DNA of 57,299 bases, filler included, from Sphacelaria rigidula (Eukaryota), in assembly GCA_964200075.2 (NCBI GenBank). It is 8 parts of 8 records of this genome, joined end to end, with 100 filler letters (N's around TTAATTAATTAA, not from the genome) between each part and the next. Parts side by side here need not be neighbours in the genome. Positions count along the whole stretch, not along the records: positions 35,876 to 42,950 come from CAXNAA020016620.1; positions 43,051 to 50,125 come from CAXNAA020016621.1; 6 more parts are not named here. The stretch is one strand, 5' to 3'. Every line of letters starts with the position of its first letter. Within the stretch, counting starts at the first letter, position 1. Below are positions 36,481-48,447 of this stretch, in pieces. A program made the position numbers and the translations under genes. The notes below the pieces were generated by a model that worked only from the letters and a program-made list of their open reading frames with translations, was not told where the DNA came from and did not search any database.

Positions 36481-38122
36481 CTATTTATCCACGTGTGTGT
36501 TACTTCAACTATTTCTTTCTCGTCTGTACGCGGCTGCGCGGCAGTCGTGTGTCCTGCCGTATGGATGATATTATCGGTAACACCGAGTCATGGCTACTTT
36601 CCCTGGCATACCATCCATTCCCCATACCCATCTTTATGAAACTGGTTGCCGTGGCGATCCGACTTCACAACCAAAGCACCAAAGGCTTGTACATCACTTG
36701 ACAAACAGTCACATACTCGTCGAACATAATTGTCTCAATCCCGCCCACCTACATATCCACCCATAGACCCAGTTTCGTTCGTGTTCCATACATAGCGATC
36801 ATCACATTCCGAAATATCGGGTACTATGCAAGGCAAGACTACAGTAGACTTCTCGCAACACATGGGTTGATCCCAATGTACTCTTTGTCGTGCGTGTACC
36901 AAGAAGTTCACGTATAAGCACACTAGCGATAGGAACGTACAAACCTGAGTCGATTCACAAACTACGGTGCGCGCCGCAGCCCCGCCTCTCTAGGTTGCTC
37001 GCCATGCCTTGCTGCAATCTATGAAACCTGGGCATACTCCACCTTGGTATGCTCAACACGGCGACTCTTAACGGTGGCTGGTCACTGCTCTGTCTCTCCA
37101 CTAAGCGCACTTTTAGCGCTCTGGACAATCCTTGTACACACCAACTCCTTGCAGTACGGTACGTGATCATTTTTCTACTGAGAACACAACACGTCTACGG
37201 GGCCAAGCATCGCCTTTGGAAATACGGGAAGGGAAGGAACGACAGACACCACGATAACAGCTCCGCAAAAATGAATTTCTGGCCTCTACGGTGCCCGTGT
37301 CTCACAAACCCGTTGTGACGGTATTTTCACAATGCAAGCGATCCTATGCTCAAACGACACGCAGCAGGGTCTCCGAACACAGCAGGGTCTCCGAACACTG
37401 TTGGTCACATTTATCCTTTGTTTTTTATTTCCCCTTACAAGTCGGAAATTGTTTTCAAGAAGTCGAAAAAGTTTGAAAAAAAAAGTCCTGCTAATGACGA
37501 CCCTTACTGGTAAAAGGACAGAACTCCGCAAAAACACAGAGTGTCCCCACAACTACCACACAACGTTTTCACCGGGTATAGCCATTTGCACAAGAAAAGG
37601 CGTTTCACACAGCACAGGGTACTTGACACATTGACTAACATCTTGGTTACTTTTGAGGCGCAAAATACTTCAACAATTCACACATATCGGAGTACAGCCT
37701 TTCATAAACGTTATTCAGCACTTGGTCAGCCTCGGGTGCATGTGGGCTTCGGATCTCGCAGAGGCGGTACCGGCAGGAAAGCGGGCCTTATCGCAAGCTG
37801 AGCATATTGTCGACTTATCTTGAACTGGAAATTACAGTGACCCGTGTTGAGCCGTCTAACCTCAGCATGATTTATGGCGAGAACATGATCAGCAAGCTTC
37901 ACTCAGGGACGGCAACAGCTCCCACTCTGCTTGCTCGTGTTTGACCGCTCTCTCTTCCCCCCCCCCCCACCCTCCCCTTCCACCCCGGCGACGCCTTCCC
38001 AAACAAAAGAAGCTTATATGCATGCACACAAGACGCCGTTTCACGATAAATGCGTGCAACAACAGGCGACAAGTTCTCCGTCAATATAGACAACATCTCA
38101 ATAGTGCGCGTGACTAGTACCC

Positions 38123-41100
38123 CTACACCAAAACCCGACATATGCCCGCCAGCTCCTTCTCGAACTCCAGGGCACTCTTGGGGTACACGTCCATACCCAG
38201 CTGCCTTGACACAGGAGGTGCCGAACGACGTGAATGCTTGGATTTCTCTTCCTCGGCGGAGCGGGTTCCCACCATGTCTACGCCAGAAAACAGCTCTGCA
38301 AAGAAGCATCCAGCGTCCTTCACGTTACGGGGTTTGATGATGTCCTACCAGAACAGCGGTGGTGAAAGTGGGAGTCGGATGGCCAACGGAAAGCAAATCT
38401 TTCACTTTTCTGTACATGGCATGTATTTTCCTGCCTTAGCCGGTGGTGAATGGTACACCTGAAGAGCCGTTACGTCGCAACAATGCGGGTTCGATTCCCG
38501 GCGAATAACACGGGATCTTACAAATTGGGGATGGATCTTTTATTGGGGATGAGAAACCCGGAGAATTAAAATCTTCGCATCCACACGAAATCTTCGAAAC
38601 ATGGTTCCATTTGTTCACGTACTGATAGCTACTGACAACTGCTACACGCCATAGAAATTTGGATTTCGATCACCAAAATGTTGGGGTCCTAGGTGAAAAA
38701 CCAATTTCGAAACCATTCTGGCGTCCGTTCGAACACCCAGAATTCGCAAAATTGATTTTTCCTCCAGGACCCCAACATTTTGGTGATCGAAATCCAAATT
38801 TCTACGGCGCGTAGCAGTTGTCAATAGCTATCAGTACGTGAGCAAATGGAACCATATTTCGAATATTTGGTATGGATGCGAAGATTTTAATTCTTCGGGT
38901 TTCTCATCTCCAGTAAAGGGTCCATCCCCAATTTGTAAGATCCCGTGTTGAATGCAGTTTTTTCTGAGAATTTTCGGGCTTTCGTCGCTGAAGACGGCGG
39001 GACGTGAGCAACAACGAGACTTCATTCAACGAGAGTCGACGCCGTGCGGGAGTGATGATCATGATCCAATCTGTAATGTATAAATGCACACGTCGGACAC
39101 ACCATGGTCCGTCTGAATATTACTTCCTCTCAGTGTACTGATCCGGATCATGATCCGGGTATTATTTGGTCCGCTTTTGCCATGTTTGCTCCCTACAGTG
39201 CCGGACGCCGAGCACGCCGAGTAGCGCAAAAGGTTGCGCTTTGGCTTTTTTCTGACTCTGCGGTCACATGTTTTTATATTTTGTGGTTTTAGACCAACGG
39301 ATCGGAGAAGTCTTACTTCATTACTTCTTGTATTTCAGACGGATCATGATGTGTCCGACGTGTGTAAAATGTAAGGAGGCGTGTACCGGGGGAGAGATGG
39401 GTTGACCCCTTGAGACGACGGACTCGTCACGAGGAAGGGGAGGGATTGAGAGAGAGTAGCGGTATATACAGGGAGGAAGATAACGGACAGCCTACCGTGG
39501 AAGACGGATATACGGGGAGAGTACGCCTTCAAAACAATTATACAGAGAATACGGTACTGTTGCTGACCCAACACTATTCTGACAAAGTCTTGTATCCCCA
39601 ATAGATTAAATGGGGTCCCTCCCTCCCGGTACTCCGCTGGCTGTATCATGCTGTACCACTTCACCAGTGGTATGCGGTGCTCTTCAACTGGTCAATAGTA
39701 GTGCCGTACGATTGATGTGATCTAGGGCATGCACTTCTTGTCCAATGCGGTTTTTTTTTTTGTGTGCGCAGGCAATGAAATGTGCAAAAAGCACCCGGTG
39801 CTACAGTTGCACACGCTGGCGGAACGAAAGAGTGACGAACATTTTTCCGCCACGAAGTAGCAGCACAGCTTGCAACACTGCCAACCCAAACGGAGGCATA
39901 CTTTACACCCACCACGAGATCATGTACGGACGGAAGCACGGAGTGGACGGTATCCACAAACTCGTACAGCAGTAGGGTATACAAGAGGGGTACATCGCTG
40001 CTGATGTCACGCTACGCACACGAACTGAACATGACACTATAAAGCAGCATTTTTCATTACCCGCAGCGTCACGCAGTCTTGTCCATCGTCCATCCCGAGC
40101 CGATCTTTGTACTGGCAGATGATGTCCCTCGTTTGCGGGTCGTCAGCAACATCCTTGCCCTGCGTAACGCGCTCCTTTTTCTATCGACAGCAAAAGAATA
40201 AGCATCGGGTGCATTGGATGCGTAGGAAAATATTCGAGGATTCGAGATTCGGGTATGGTTGGATTCCAGCGACACGGCGAGAAGCTGTGGTTACATGCGT
40301 GTCTGTGTTGCTGCCGAACTTTGTGTGTGTGTGTGTGTTAAAGCGTGGTTGCGTAGCCTCCAATAGAACATGATCAAGTTTTGTTTGGCCGCAGGATTTC
40401 AACAAGAGCGGCGGTCGTTTCGTGTACATGCACGACGGCAACCAAGTCGTTCAACGCTGCCTCGGTAGCATATTGACGCTGCCGAAAAGACAGAAAGAGT
40501 CCAGCAAATATCCGGACCCCTCTCCCCTCCCCCCGAGACGTAAATGGAATTGCCACCGGTTAACATCGACGCTGGAAAACACGCCACCCACTGCGTGAGC
40601 TAGGCAACCAGGTTACCATTTCTTTTGCGCTTGCGCTTTTTTTTGCGGCAATAACCATGACGGTGGTCGAGCCACTACAGGTCATATTGTACGGGGTGGG
40701 AGAACCTCAATTCCGCGCAGAGGGGATAAGCATACTGCGACGTGTTTGAATGGTGAAACACCCATGAGGTGGCGTGAAACCCGTGGCTGTCTGTGGAAGT
40801 GGCGATACCAGAACATGAAGCAACTCGTTTGAGGCTGTCCTCCATATACAAGATAATTAGTGGTCTCCGGAAGTGGTGATACCAGAAAATGAAGCAACTC
40901 ACTGGAGGCTGTCATCCAAATGTAAGATAATCAGCACGCTTCGAACACTCTGGGCAGGATGCAGCTCGCCCTTCATGCATCATGCAGCTCGCCCTTCATG
41001 CATCATGCAGCTCGCCCTTCATGCGACTCGCCGAACACACCACAGTGCTTCGCGCTCGGTGACTGATTGCAAGCCTGGTCCGGCGAATACCTCGCGTGTT

Positions 41101-41698
41101 CCGCCCCGGATTCGTAGGGACGCAAGGTCAACGGTCATATGACTACGGCATGCGAGATCATGAATACATCCTCCCCCCCCGACATGTGGAAGTAGTTTAT
41201 TTTTTAATCAACTCATAATAAAGGCAACACCCCATACTGTAAAGTGGACCGAAAGCCGGTGCCATGGCTACATTAGCACTCCCTACACGTAGCTTTACCG
41301 ACACGAGGTTGGACACGACCTTCATCTCGCATCTTCCCCAGCAAAAACACACCGAAACCACACACCCCTCGCTCTTCCACTCCAACGCTGGGTCAAACGA
41401 ACACCATCACATACTAAGAGTAAAAAAAGAAAAGTAGTGCTGTCCCGCTATTCTCACCGTGTCTTCCATGTATTGGTCGAGGGCGTCCATCCCCACCCTT
41501 CCCATGCAACCATCGTCCAAGATGTTGAAGCAGTATCTTATGTCCCTTTCCTTACAGTTCCCGGTGTGAAGAGCCTCCTCGCACAGGTAAAAGCAAACGA
41601 ACGAGTCATAATCCAAGCCTCGGTGCTTGTCGCGCGCGGACGTGATGCCTCCAGGTGACTCTCCCGGCGCGAAGGGTCTTAGGCCGGCTTCCAACACA
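38123..41698 (-). CDS. PP2A regulatory subunit B'' (PR72/PR130)-like EF-hand protein, last three exons
   Basis: Exons 41698-41458, 40180-40061, 38344-38123 splice in frame: ...GLDYDSFVCFYLCEE...IRYCFNILDDGCMGRVGMDALDQYMEDT|KKERV...DIICQYKDRL...VTLR|DIIKPRNVKDAGCFFAELFS...*; collinear with the remembered B'' C-terminus (Y.DFVWFL..EE / YWF..D.DGDG / CQ..D / TLRD / FFD..F). Confidence 0.8.
38430..39005 (+). mobile_element. tRNA-like SINE (second family) split by a foldback element; uninterrupted relative at ~42755-42880
   Basis: A-box-like TAGCCGGTGG and B box in ACAATGCGGGTTCGATTCCCGGCG, shared with 42801-42824; similarity resumes after 38953. Confidence 0.6.
38507..38949. mobile_element. 443-bp foldback/MITE with ~200-bp inverted arms and GAAT target-site duplication
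   Basis: AACACGGGATCTTACAAATTGGGG...CCCCAATTTGTAAGATCCCGTGTT, flanked by GAAT at 38503-38506 and 38950-38953; another arm fragment at 43051-43110. Confidence 0.9.
39087..39364. mobile_element. MITE with ~33-bp terminal inverted repeats
   Basis: CACACGTCGGACACACCATGGTCCGTCTGAA versus TTCAGACGGATCATGATGTGTCCGACGTGTG; TSD unclear (TG left, TA right). Confidence 0.75.
40555..41180 (+). mobile_element. SINE-like family B copy with internal duplications, in a PP2A B'' intron
   Basis: Aligns with 32068-32637; has a ~70-bp internal duplication and a triple ~23-bp ATGCAGCTCGCCCTTCATGC repeat. Confidence 0.85.
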
Positions 41699-43899
41699 CT
41701 ATTCCAGAGGATGCAGCAGCGACATGAACATAAACACACCAGTACAGTATATATTACGCGGGGAGCCAGGGGAGAAGAGAAACAAGGGAGTTTATAGTAG
41801 ACTTCGATGCAGAGTATTGTAGCTATTTTGGTGGTGCAGAGATGAAGACCCCTCGCTTGTGCTACTCGTTAGGTGGATAAAATTGAGCCTTTTGTGGAGG
41901 GTAGTTCAGCCGATTTCACAAAAACAGGGCAAGTGACTTCGCCTACCCGCAAACAAGATTGTGGTGACCGCGTTTATTTTTCCACTCTCAGGTTTATATA
42001 TGTTCTATGAAAGCACTAGTTCAGCAGTAGCACCGAACACACACAGCTCACCTACACCGATCTAGCTCATTTCACACAGTACACACAGCTTTTCAAAAGC
42101 CTTCAACTCTTGCTAGGAGCTGGGAAAAGACGGAAGGATCAACTTGCACTCGTGAGCAGGATTTGTCTTGCTCAGTTAAGCACTGCATCATGCGCGTGTG
42201 TTTGAGTGCATTTTTATCGCACACTTAACCTCCACCCTTTCCTTCGGGACGCGGGACAAGGCCGTAGCCTTAGATGACCAACCCGTCTCTCCCGCGGCAC
42301 TTGTCTTACACTATAGTATTGAGCGGTGAACCAGCACTGATGTAGCCTATCTTCTGCCGTCCAATATTTTTTGACGACCCTTGTCCTCACGTTCTCGAAC
42401 GACGGAAGAAGAAAATAGAAGAGTGCCGGGGTTTCAATCCAACATATCGGCCCAAACTACTGTAGTGTCGATGTACCAGTGTGTGATCAACGGAGTGCGA
42501 CGCCTGCTGCACTATGTTGTGTGTAAAAAAACAATAATGAGGCGGGGGACGGGACAGGCCAGATACGTTGACCGTTGCAGGCAGAACAAAGTCTGACTCA
42601 GAGAAGTTTTGGTCCCGTAGACAACCTACTAAAAGACACCCAGAGTTGATTGATTGATCGATCGAGTAATTGTCGCACACTAACTGCTTCCCGAGGAAAC
42701 CAGCCGTGGTCACCAGATAAAGGAGTACCGCCGGATAGCGATGTTGCAGTGTCGCCGCACCCCGGTGGTCGGTACATAAAACTGAAGCCATCAGGTCAGA
42801 ACAATGCGGGTTCGATTCCCGGCGGACACAATCGGGTATTTCTGAAAAGTTTCTGAATCTCGTCGTTGAAAACATGGAAACGAGTCATGCTAAAATGGGG
42901 AGGGGGGGGGGGGGGGGGGGGACCCAGGATATTGTTTGCCAAACTAACCANNNNNNNNNNNNNNNNNNNNNNNNNNNNNNNNNNNNNNNNNNNNTTAATT
43001 AATTAANNNNNNNNNNNNNNNNNNNNNNNNNNNNNNNNNNNNNNNNNNNNCGAAGATTTTAATCCTCCGGGTTCTCATCCTCAATCAAAAGCACCATCCT
43101 CAACATAGATGATTGGCTGTTATGAGCAGGGGAAAACTCCATCCGTTAGGAAAGGAAAAAATCTATAACGCCCTTTCAAACGACAGAAACAGCAGACAAG
43201 TACGGTCGCTGTCGTTTTCCCGGGATCTCAGTTAGACTGGAGAACGATCGACTAGTTAGCATGATCGCGCGTCGACACCCTGGATCAGTTACACTGGATC
43301 CTACGGTAGTGAGGGGCCTAAATCTCGCTAAAAACAACCTTTCCACGAACTGATCAATAGTTACAGGAGTGCAGCTTTTGAGGGGTGCTCTTCTGTAACT
43401 ACCGACACCTATTCTACTGGAAATAGAGCCCACGCGCTTTGGCTCACACATGTGCCCGTGTATTACCAAATGGGAAGCAATCGATAACAAAGCAGCACAA
43501 GACAAAGACAAGGAACACTCGGAATCCATGACTGAAGCGTGCGGTAGCAGCAGTATATAGTCACATATTTCCATATTTCACTGCCTTATTCCTCTCGCAA
43601 TGATATCGTGTACCACATCACACAATAGCCATTCGTACACGTCCATGGCTGCAGTCTATCTTTGGCTCCTCCGTTCCAGCTTGGGGCGCTAAACTTCCAA
43701 GCGAGATGACTGTTTCCAGTCTTCATCTTCCTATCGTACTCGCCAAAAGAAATTCCCACAATCATACACGTGGTGCTTCAGCTCGGCACTGCTGTAGACT
43801 TTCCAGGAGGTAGCACTATGGCAAAAGCTTGAAGGCATCACTACGTGGGGAAGCGGGGTGCTTCGATTGCGATGGCGGGGTCGAAGAAACTGTGGGGTG

Positions 43900-44365
43900 A
43901 TACAGGTGCAAAAGGCTCATGACGCATGAGGAACTGTGATCAAAGGAAAGGTGTGGACGATTAAGACGAAAGAAATGTCCCAAAAGTGCGACGATGCTAG
44001 ACAGGGAAATATCGAAATATTTTGACATTTTGCCAGGAGTCGCACCAGGATGTACGTTATCACCCTCTCTAACCAAGGTATTCTTTGATGACCTGATACA
44101 AGCATGAGACATGGCAAAGCAAGGGGTCAAGTTGATGAAACAACTGGGAACAGTGCAGCTGACCGCAGCTAAGAGAATACTTTGATGCGGAAACGGTGCA
44201 AATGGCAGCAAAGAAAAGAATACTTGGATGCAATAAAAATAGTGAAGATGAAAACAGTACAGAGTGCAACAGCTCAGAAACTACTTGGATGAAGTGAAGT
44301 TGGTGAAGGAGTTGGGGAACAGTGCAGATTACAGCAGCTAGGGGAATTACTAGGATGCTCGAAAC
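43900..44365 (+). mobile_element. Second, rearranged fragment of the same LINE family
   Basis: ISKYFDILPGVAPGCTLSPSLTKVFFDDLI..AKQGV matches the RT at ~30400-30520, followed by about four reiterations of the segment seen at ~31150-31195. Confidence 0.8.
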
Positions 44366-44499
44366 AAATAGATACGCCCCCCCCCTTTTGAAGTCTTTCC
44401 CTTTTCCCCACCCGTCAGTGCCTGAAGCAACGTAGAGTTCTCAACCATCCAACATGGTGACAGATACAGGCAATGCAATCGAACACGACACAAGTTGAG

Positions 44500-45700
44500 G
44501 GGTCAGGTGGAATGTGGGTGTGGCGTTCCAGTTTGGTCCCCCTCAAGGTGTGACGCAAACACTTCGGGTATGAGGTGTTTCGGATGGGGTGGACGGATAT
44601 GGAAGGAACTTCTTGCTATTGAGACAGCGGTGGTATGTGTGTAATGTTTACGGCCAGTCCAGAGCTCGAAGGGGAATGTGTCAGACGGTAGCATGGCGTC
44701 AGGTCGTCGGGTAGGGTACGAGTGCGCAAGAGTGTGTGTGAAACGTACTCTCTCTGGGACCAAGATTTGTACAATTCTGTAACCTTTTCAGCAGCCGCCC
44801 CCCTAGGTTTTCGAATCCTGTGAAACTGTAGACATAATCATGGCGAAAAATAAAATAGGCAAGACATGCTGAGTAAAAATATAATAATGAGGTACGTTGT
44901 ACTAAATATACCGAGACAAAGCACAGAAATGACAAGAAACATGCCCTTACTCGCATGAGTTGTACATTGATGCTCATTGGGCGAGAGTCTAGTTCGTATG
45001 CCATATCCTAGCTGAGCCACCATGATACGACCGGATTGTGGTGGTGAAGTCTTGCTAGAGTTGTACGGCACAAGAGTTTGACAGCAAAAGGAGAGCGCGC
45101 GTTCACCTACATCGTGCAGCAATACTGTTGGCTTCCCTACTTATTTAGAATATCGGTCAGCAGGGCGACTAGAATACTACGCTCCTGGACAAACTGTCCA
45201 AGGTACCTGGTGGCTTTAGAAACGAACGTAGTTTTTTTATTGTATGGACGTGACGTCTGAGCAATTGCGTTGCATTTGGAGGGGGCTGGTTGTATGCCGG
45301 TATTATCGATCAACAGGCTAAGGAACCTGTGAGACCCTGCAGTGAATATATATATTTGGCGAACCTGGCGAATTTTACTGAACATAAAACCGTGTAGTCC
45401 ACAAACTTTGCCGGGGAAAGTTGGGTGAGCAACACGTCGGTCAAGAAGCTTGTGCATTTCTTTTCTGATCATGCGGCGTTCTCATGGTGGGAAGCCGCGC
45501 TGTTTTGTGGCAAAGGGTGTGCACGCGAGACAAAAACCAGCAAAAATTTGGAACTCGTGCTTCGCCCCCCCCGAGGGGGTTCAGCGACCACCTCGGCGGA
45601 ATGAGTGTCTGAAAACCATATGTAGGGTCCGTGTAGGAAATATCAAAGACACGGTATGTAGTCGCGCAGTCACCTTGCATGGTACGCTAGACATGAGGGG
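44500..45700 (-). mobile_element. Decayed Ty3/gypsy pol relic (different family)
   Basis: FLSLLIDNTGIQPAPSKCNAIAQTSRP...YLGQFV...LVALLTDILNK resembles the gypsy RT thumb; PFELWT resembles the RNase H start. Confidence 0.6.
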
Positions 45701-45878
45701 CAACAAGACAAAGCAGGGCGACTAAGTCTGCGTACTGTATAAGTAATGACAAGACATTGCACGAAACTATTTGGCAGTCACCTTGCATGGTACGCTAGAC
45801 ATGAAGGGCAAAAAGATAAAGCAGGGCAACTAAGTCTGCGTACTGAATAAGTAATGACAAGACATTGCACGAAAATAT
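45666..45878. repeat. 108-bp tandem duplication
   Basis: GCAGTCACCTTGCATGGTACGCTAGACATGA at 45666 and 45774. Confidence 0.9.
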
Positions 45879-46593
45879 ATGTAACATGGTATCGAAAGCC
45901 AAGTTTAAAACACCTGAGCAGAGTAGTATCCAACTACGGTATCAGCAAGGGACAAGGTAGTAGTCAACTACGGTACAGGGTGCGTCAAGAAGCCAACTTG
46001 TTGAATAGAAAACTTATACAATCGATCACCAGAGTGGGATAAAAATGGGGATCCTATTTAGTGGCACCAAGGTAATGATCCTGCTGACAAAATGCTATGA
46101 AAAGGTACCCGGGATTAGCTAAACCAAACCAAATTGCGGACACTCAATAAAAGGGTACCCGGTATTAGCTAAACCAAACCAAATTGCAGACACTCCATGC
46201 GGGAACACACCGTCATTGGCAAACCGTTTAGTGTTTCCTGCGTGTCCTCCCCAACGCAATGACGTTTAGCGCCGGTTCCCTCATCGGGATGCGACACACC
46301 CAGGACAAGAGTGTGGGTGAAACAAGGGCGGAAGTAATAGAGGGCGTGGTTAGTATACGTTAGAAGTCTTGGGGTACATGAAAATATCGCTCGGTTCTAT
46401 ACCACGTGACGCAGATCGAAATGTCGTGTGCCGGGCGGTAAATTCGGCGTTTCGGCCGTGCGAACCAGATAGATGAAACGATTACCAGCGGAATCCTGCT
46501 CAAGCATGGTGAGTACAGGCGGCGCAACAGACAAGGCCCTGCAGATAGCCTACACCCGCACGGTCAAAGAAAAACATCGCGAGCGCCAAACAC

Positions 46594-46845
46594 AAATACA
46601 AAATTACCAGAACATGAAATTGAAAATAGTGCAGCTCGAAAGAGCAAGACGACGGCGGCGTAAATGATGAGACAATAAAAATAAAATACAATATTTCCAG
46701 AACATGAAATGAAAAATAGTGCACTCGAAAGGGCAAGTCGACGGCGGCGCAAATGATGAGACAATCAAAATAAAATACAAAATTTCCAGAACATGAAATA
46801 AAAAATAGTGCAGCTCGAAAGAGCAAGACGACGGCGGCGCAAAAT
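46594..46845. repeat. ~89-bp tandem repeat, three copies
   Basis: CCAGAACATGAAAT.AAAATAGTGCA.CTCGAAAG.GCAAG.CGACGGCGGCG occurs three times. Confidence 0.9.
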
Positions 46846-47379
46846 TATAAAGCACTGAAAGTACAATCGAGGGGCTCAAAAGACAGTTATGGTAGACGCG
46901 ACACCCGGAGATGCAGACAATATGAGTATGTAAGATGAAAGAAAAGCAAACAAGATCGAAATAGAATGGAAGCTTTACTGCCTGTGCATTCCACAAATCC
47001 TCATGGCCACAATAAAAATGCGACCCCGGAAACAAAGTACATACTGATCATGGTGGGTTGTTTCGCAATAATAAAACTACCGGGATAATTTAGAGAATGT
47101 CTAGAACACGATGATTGCTGGTTAGGAACAGCGATGATATTATGGCTGACCAGATGTAGATCAAGCGAAGGTGATACAATGCACGCGACAATGACAAAAC
47201 AAAAACTGTGCGATCAGATCCAAGCAAGGTTATAAAGAACATGAGGGCGGAAAACGCACGTGCACATGACTACATGCGATGTGATAGTGAGAGAGAAAAG
47301 TACAGCCGACAGCAGGCGGTAGAGGCAAATACACAACAAGCGGGATAATAACAGCCAACCAGGGTAGCAGAAAGCACGG

Positions 47380-47700
47380 TGGAAACAGCAGCAGTAGCAG
47401 CAACAACATACAACATACAACAACAACAGCAACGGCAACGGCAACGGCAACAGTAGTAATGGGCAACAGCGACAACAGACAAAAGACAACAACAGCAACA
47501 GCAGCAGCAGCAACAGCAGCAACAACACAAAGCAGCAACAACCAGCGACACACAGCAGCTGCACGGCAACGACGAACAACAGCACAGAAAAATAGCACAG
47601 TCGTGCGGCGAGCAGCAGCAACACACAGCGGCGGCACGACAGCGACGAACAGCAGCACACGACAACAGCGCAAACCACAACAACAGACAACAACGACGCG
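47380..47700. repeat. CAG/CAA/ACG-rich low-complexity tract
   Basis: Direct; source of poly-C/L/V pseudo-ORFs. Confidence 0.9.
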
Positions 47701-48447
47701 GCTGCACAGCTTCCGCAGCTGTCTGAAGCCTGATGTCCCGAAACGCCCCGACGTAATTGTAGGCCCTCTGGTTCGTTGACTCGTGCAATCTCGTTCAACC
47801 TTTATGCCTTTTATCATTGTGTTGGCTAGGTTATTTCACTTTTGCTTGGAACGTCTGCAGTGGCGTGCTGATGAACCATCCCGGATGAGCTCGTGCATAG
47901 AGCCGTTGGTGGCGCACTGCGCGGGTTGCATGTAACAAAGTGCAATGCAGCGGGTACGGAGCACAGGGCACCCACGGGGCAAAACAAACTACATAGCCGA
48001 CGCTCAACTATTTATGCTCAACGTGCGTATGGTAGGTAGACAGAACAATAGAGTGCGAAGAGCCGAAGCAGCATTCCATCATAGTACACTGTACATGCTC
48101 TCATAATACACTGTACATGCTCTCATAGTACACTGTACGTGCTCTCCAAACATCCCAGTGACACAAAGCCGTGACTTCAAAAGCATTGTCTACTACATGC
48201 TCAATTATGTTGCAGGTAAGATACGCTGTGGACACTACAATTTGTGAACAGGCACACTATTTACTCTATATAAAAGAAGTAATATTTTACCTGATCCGAC
48301 CCACACGCCAGCAAAACCCTCTCCTCCGAAGGTTTGTGGTCGGAGCGTGCCAGGGTTTACTCAACACAAGCAAGGGTTGGACACCATGTCATGGTTCGAT
48401 ACTCTAGCAGGGAATGGTGCCAGTTCAGTGGGCACCAGGCTAGCGGC

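Noticed and set aside
42051-42119. Upstream coding exon of the PP2A B''-like gene
   Set aside because: Good splice signals on the minus strand but stops in all three frames.
46594-46845. CRISPR-like array
   Set aside because: Whole units repeat without unique spacers; eukaryotic context and no cas genes.
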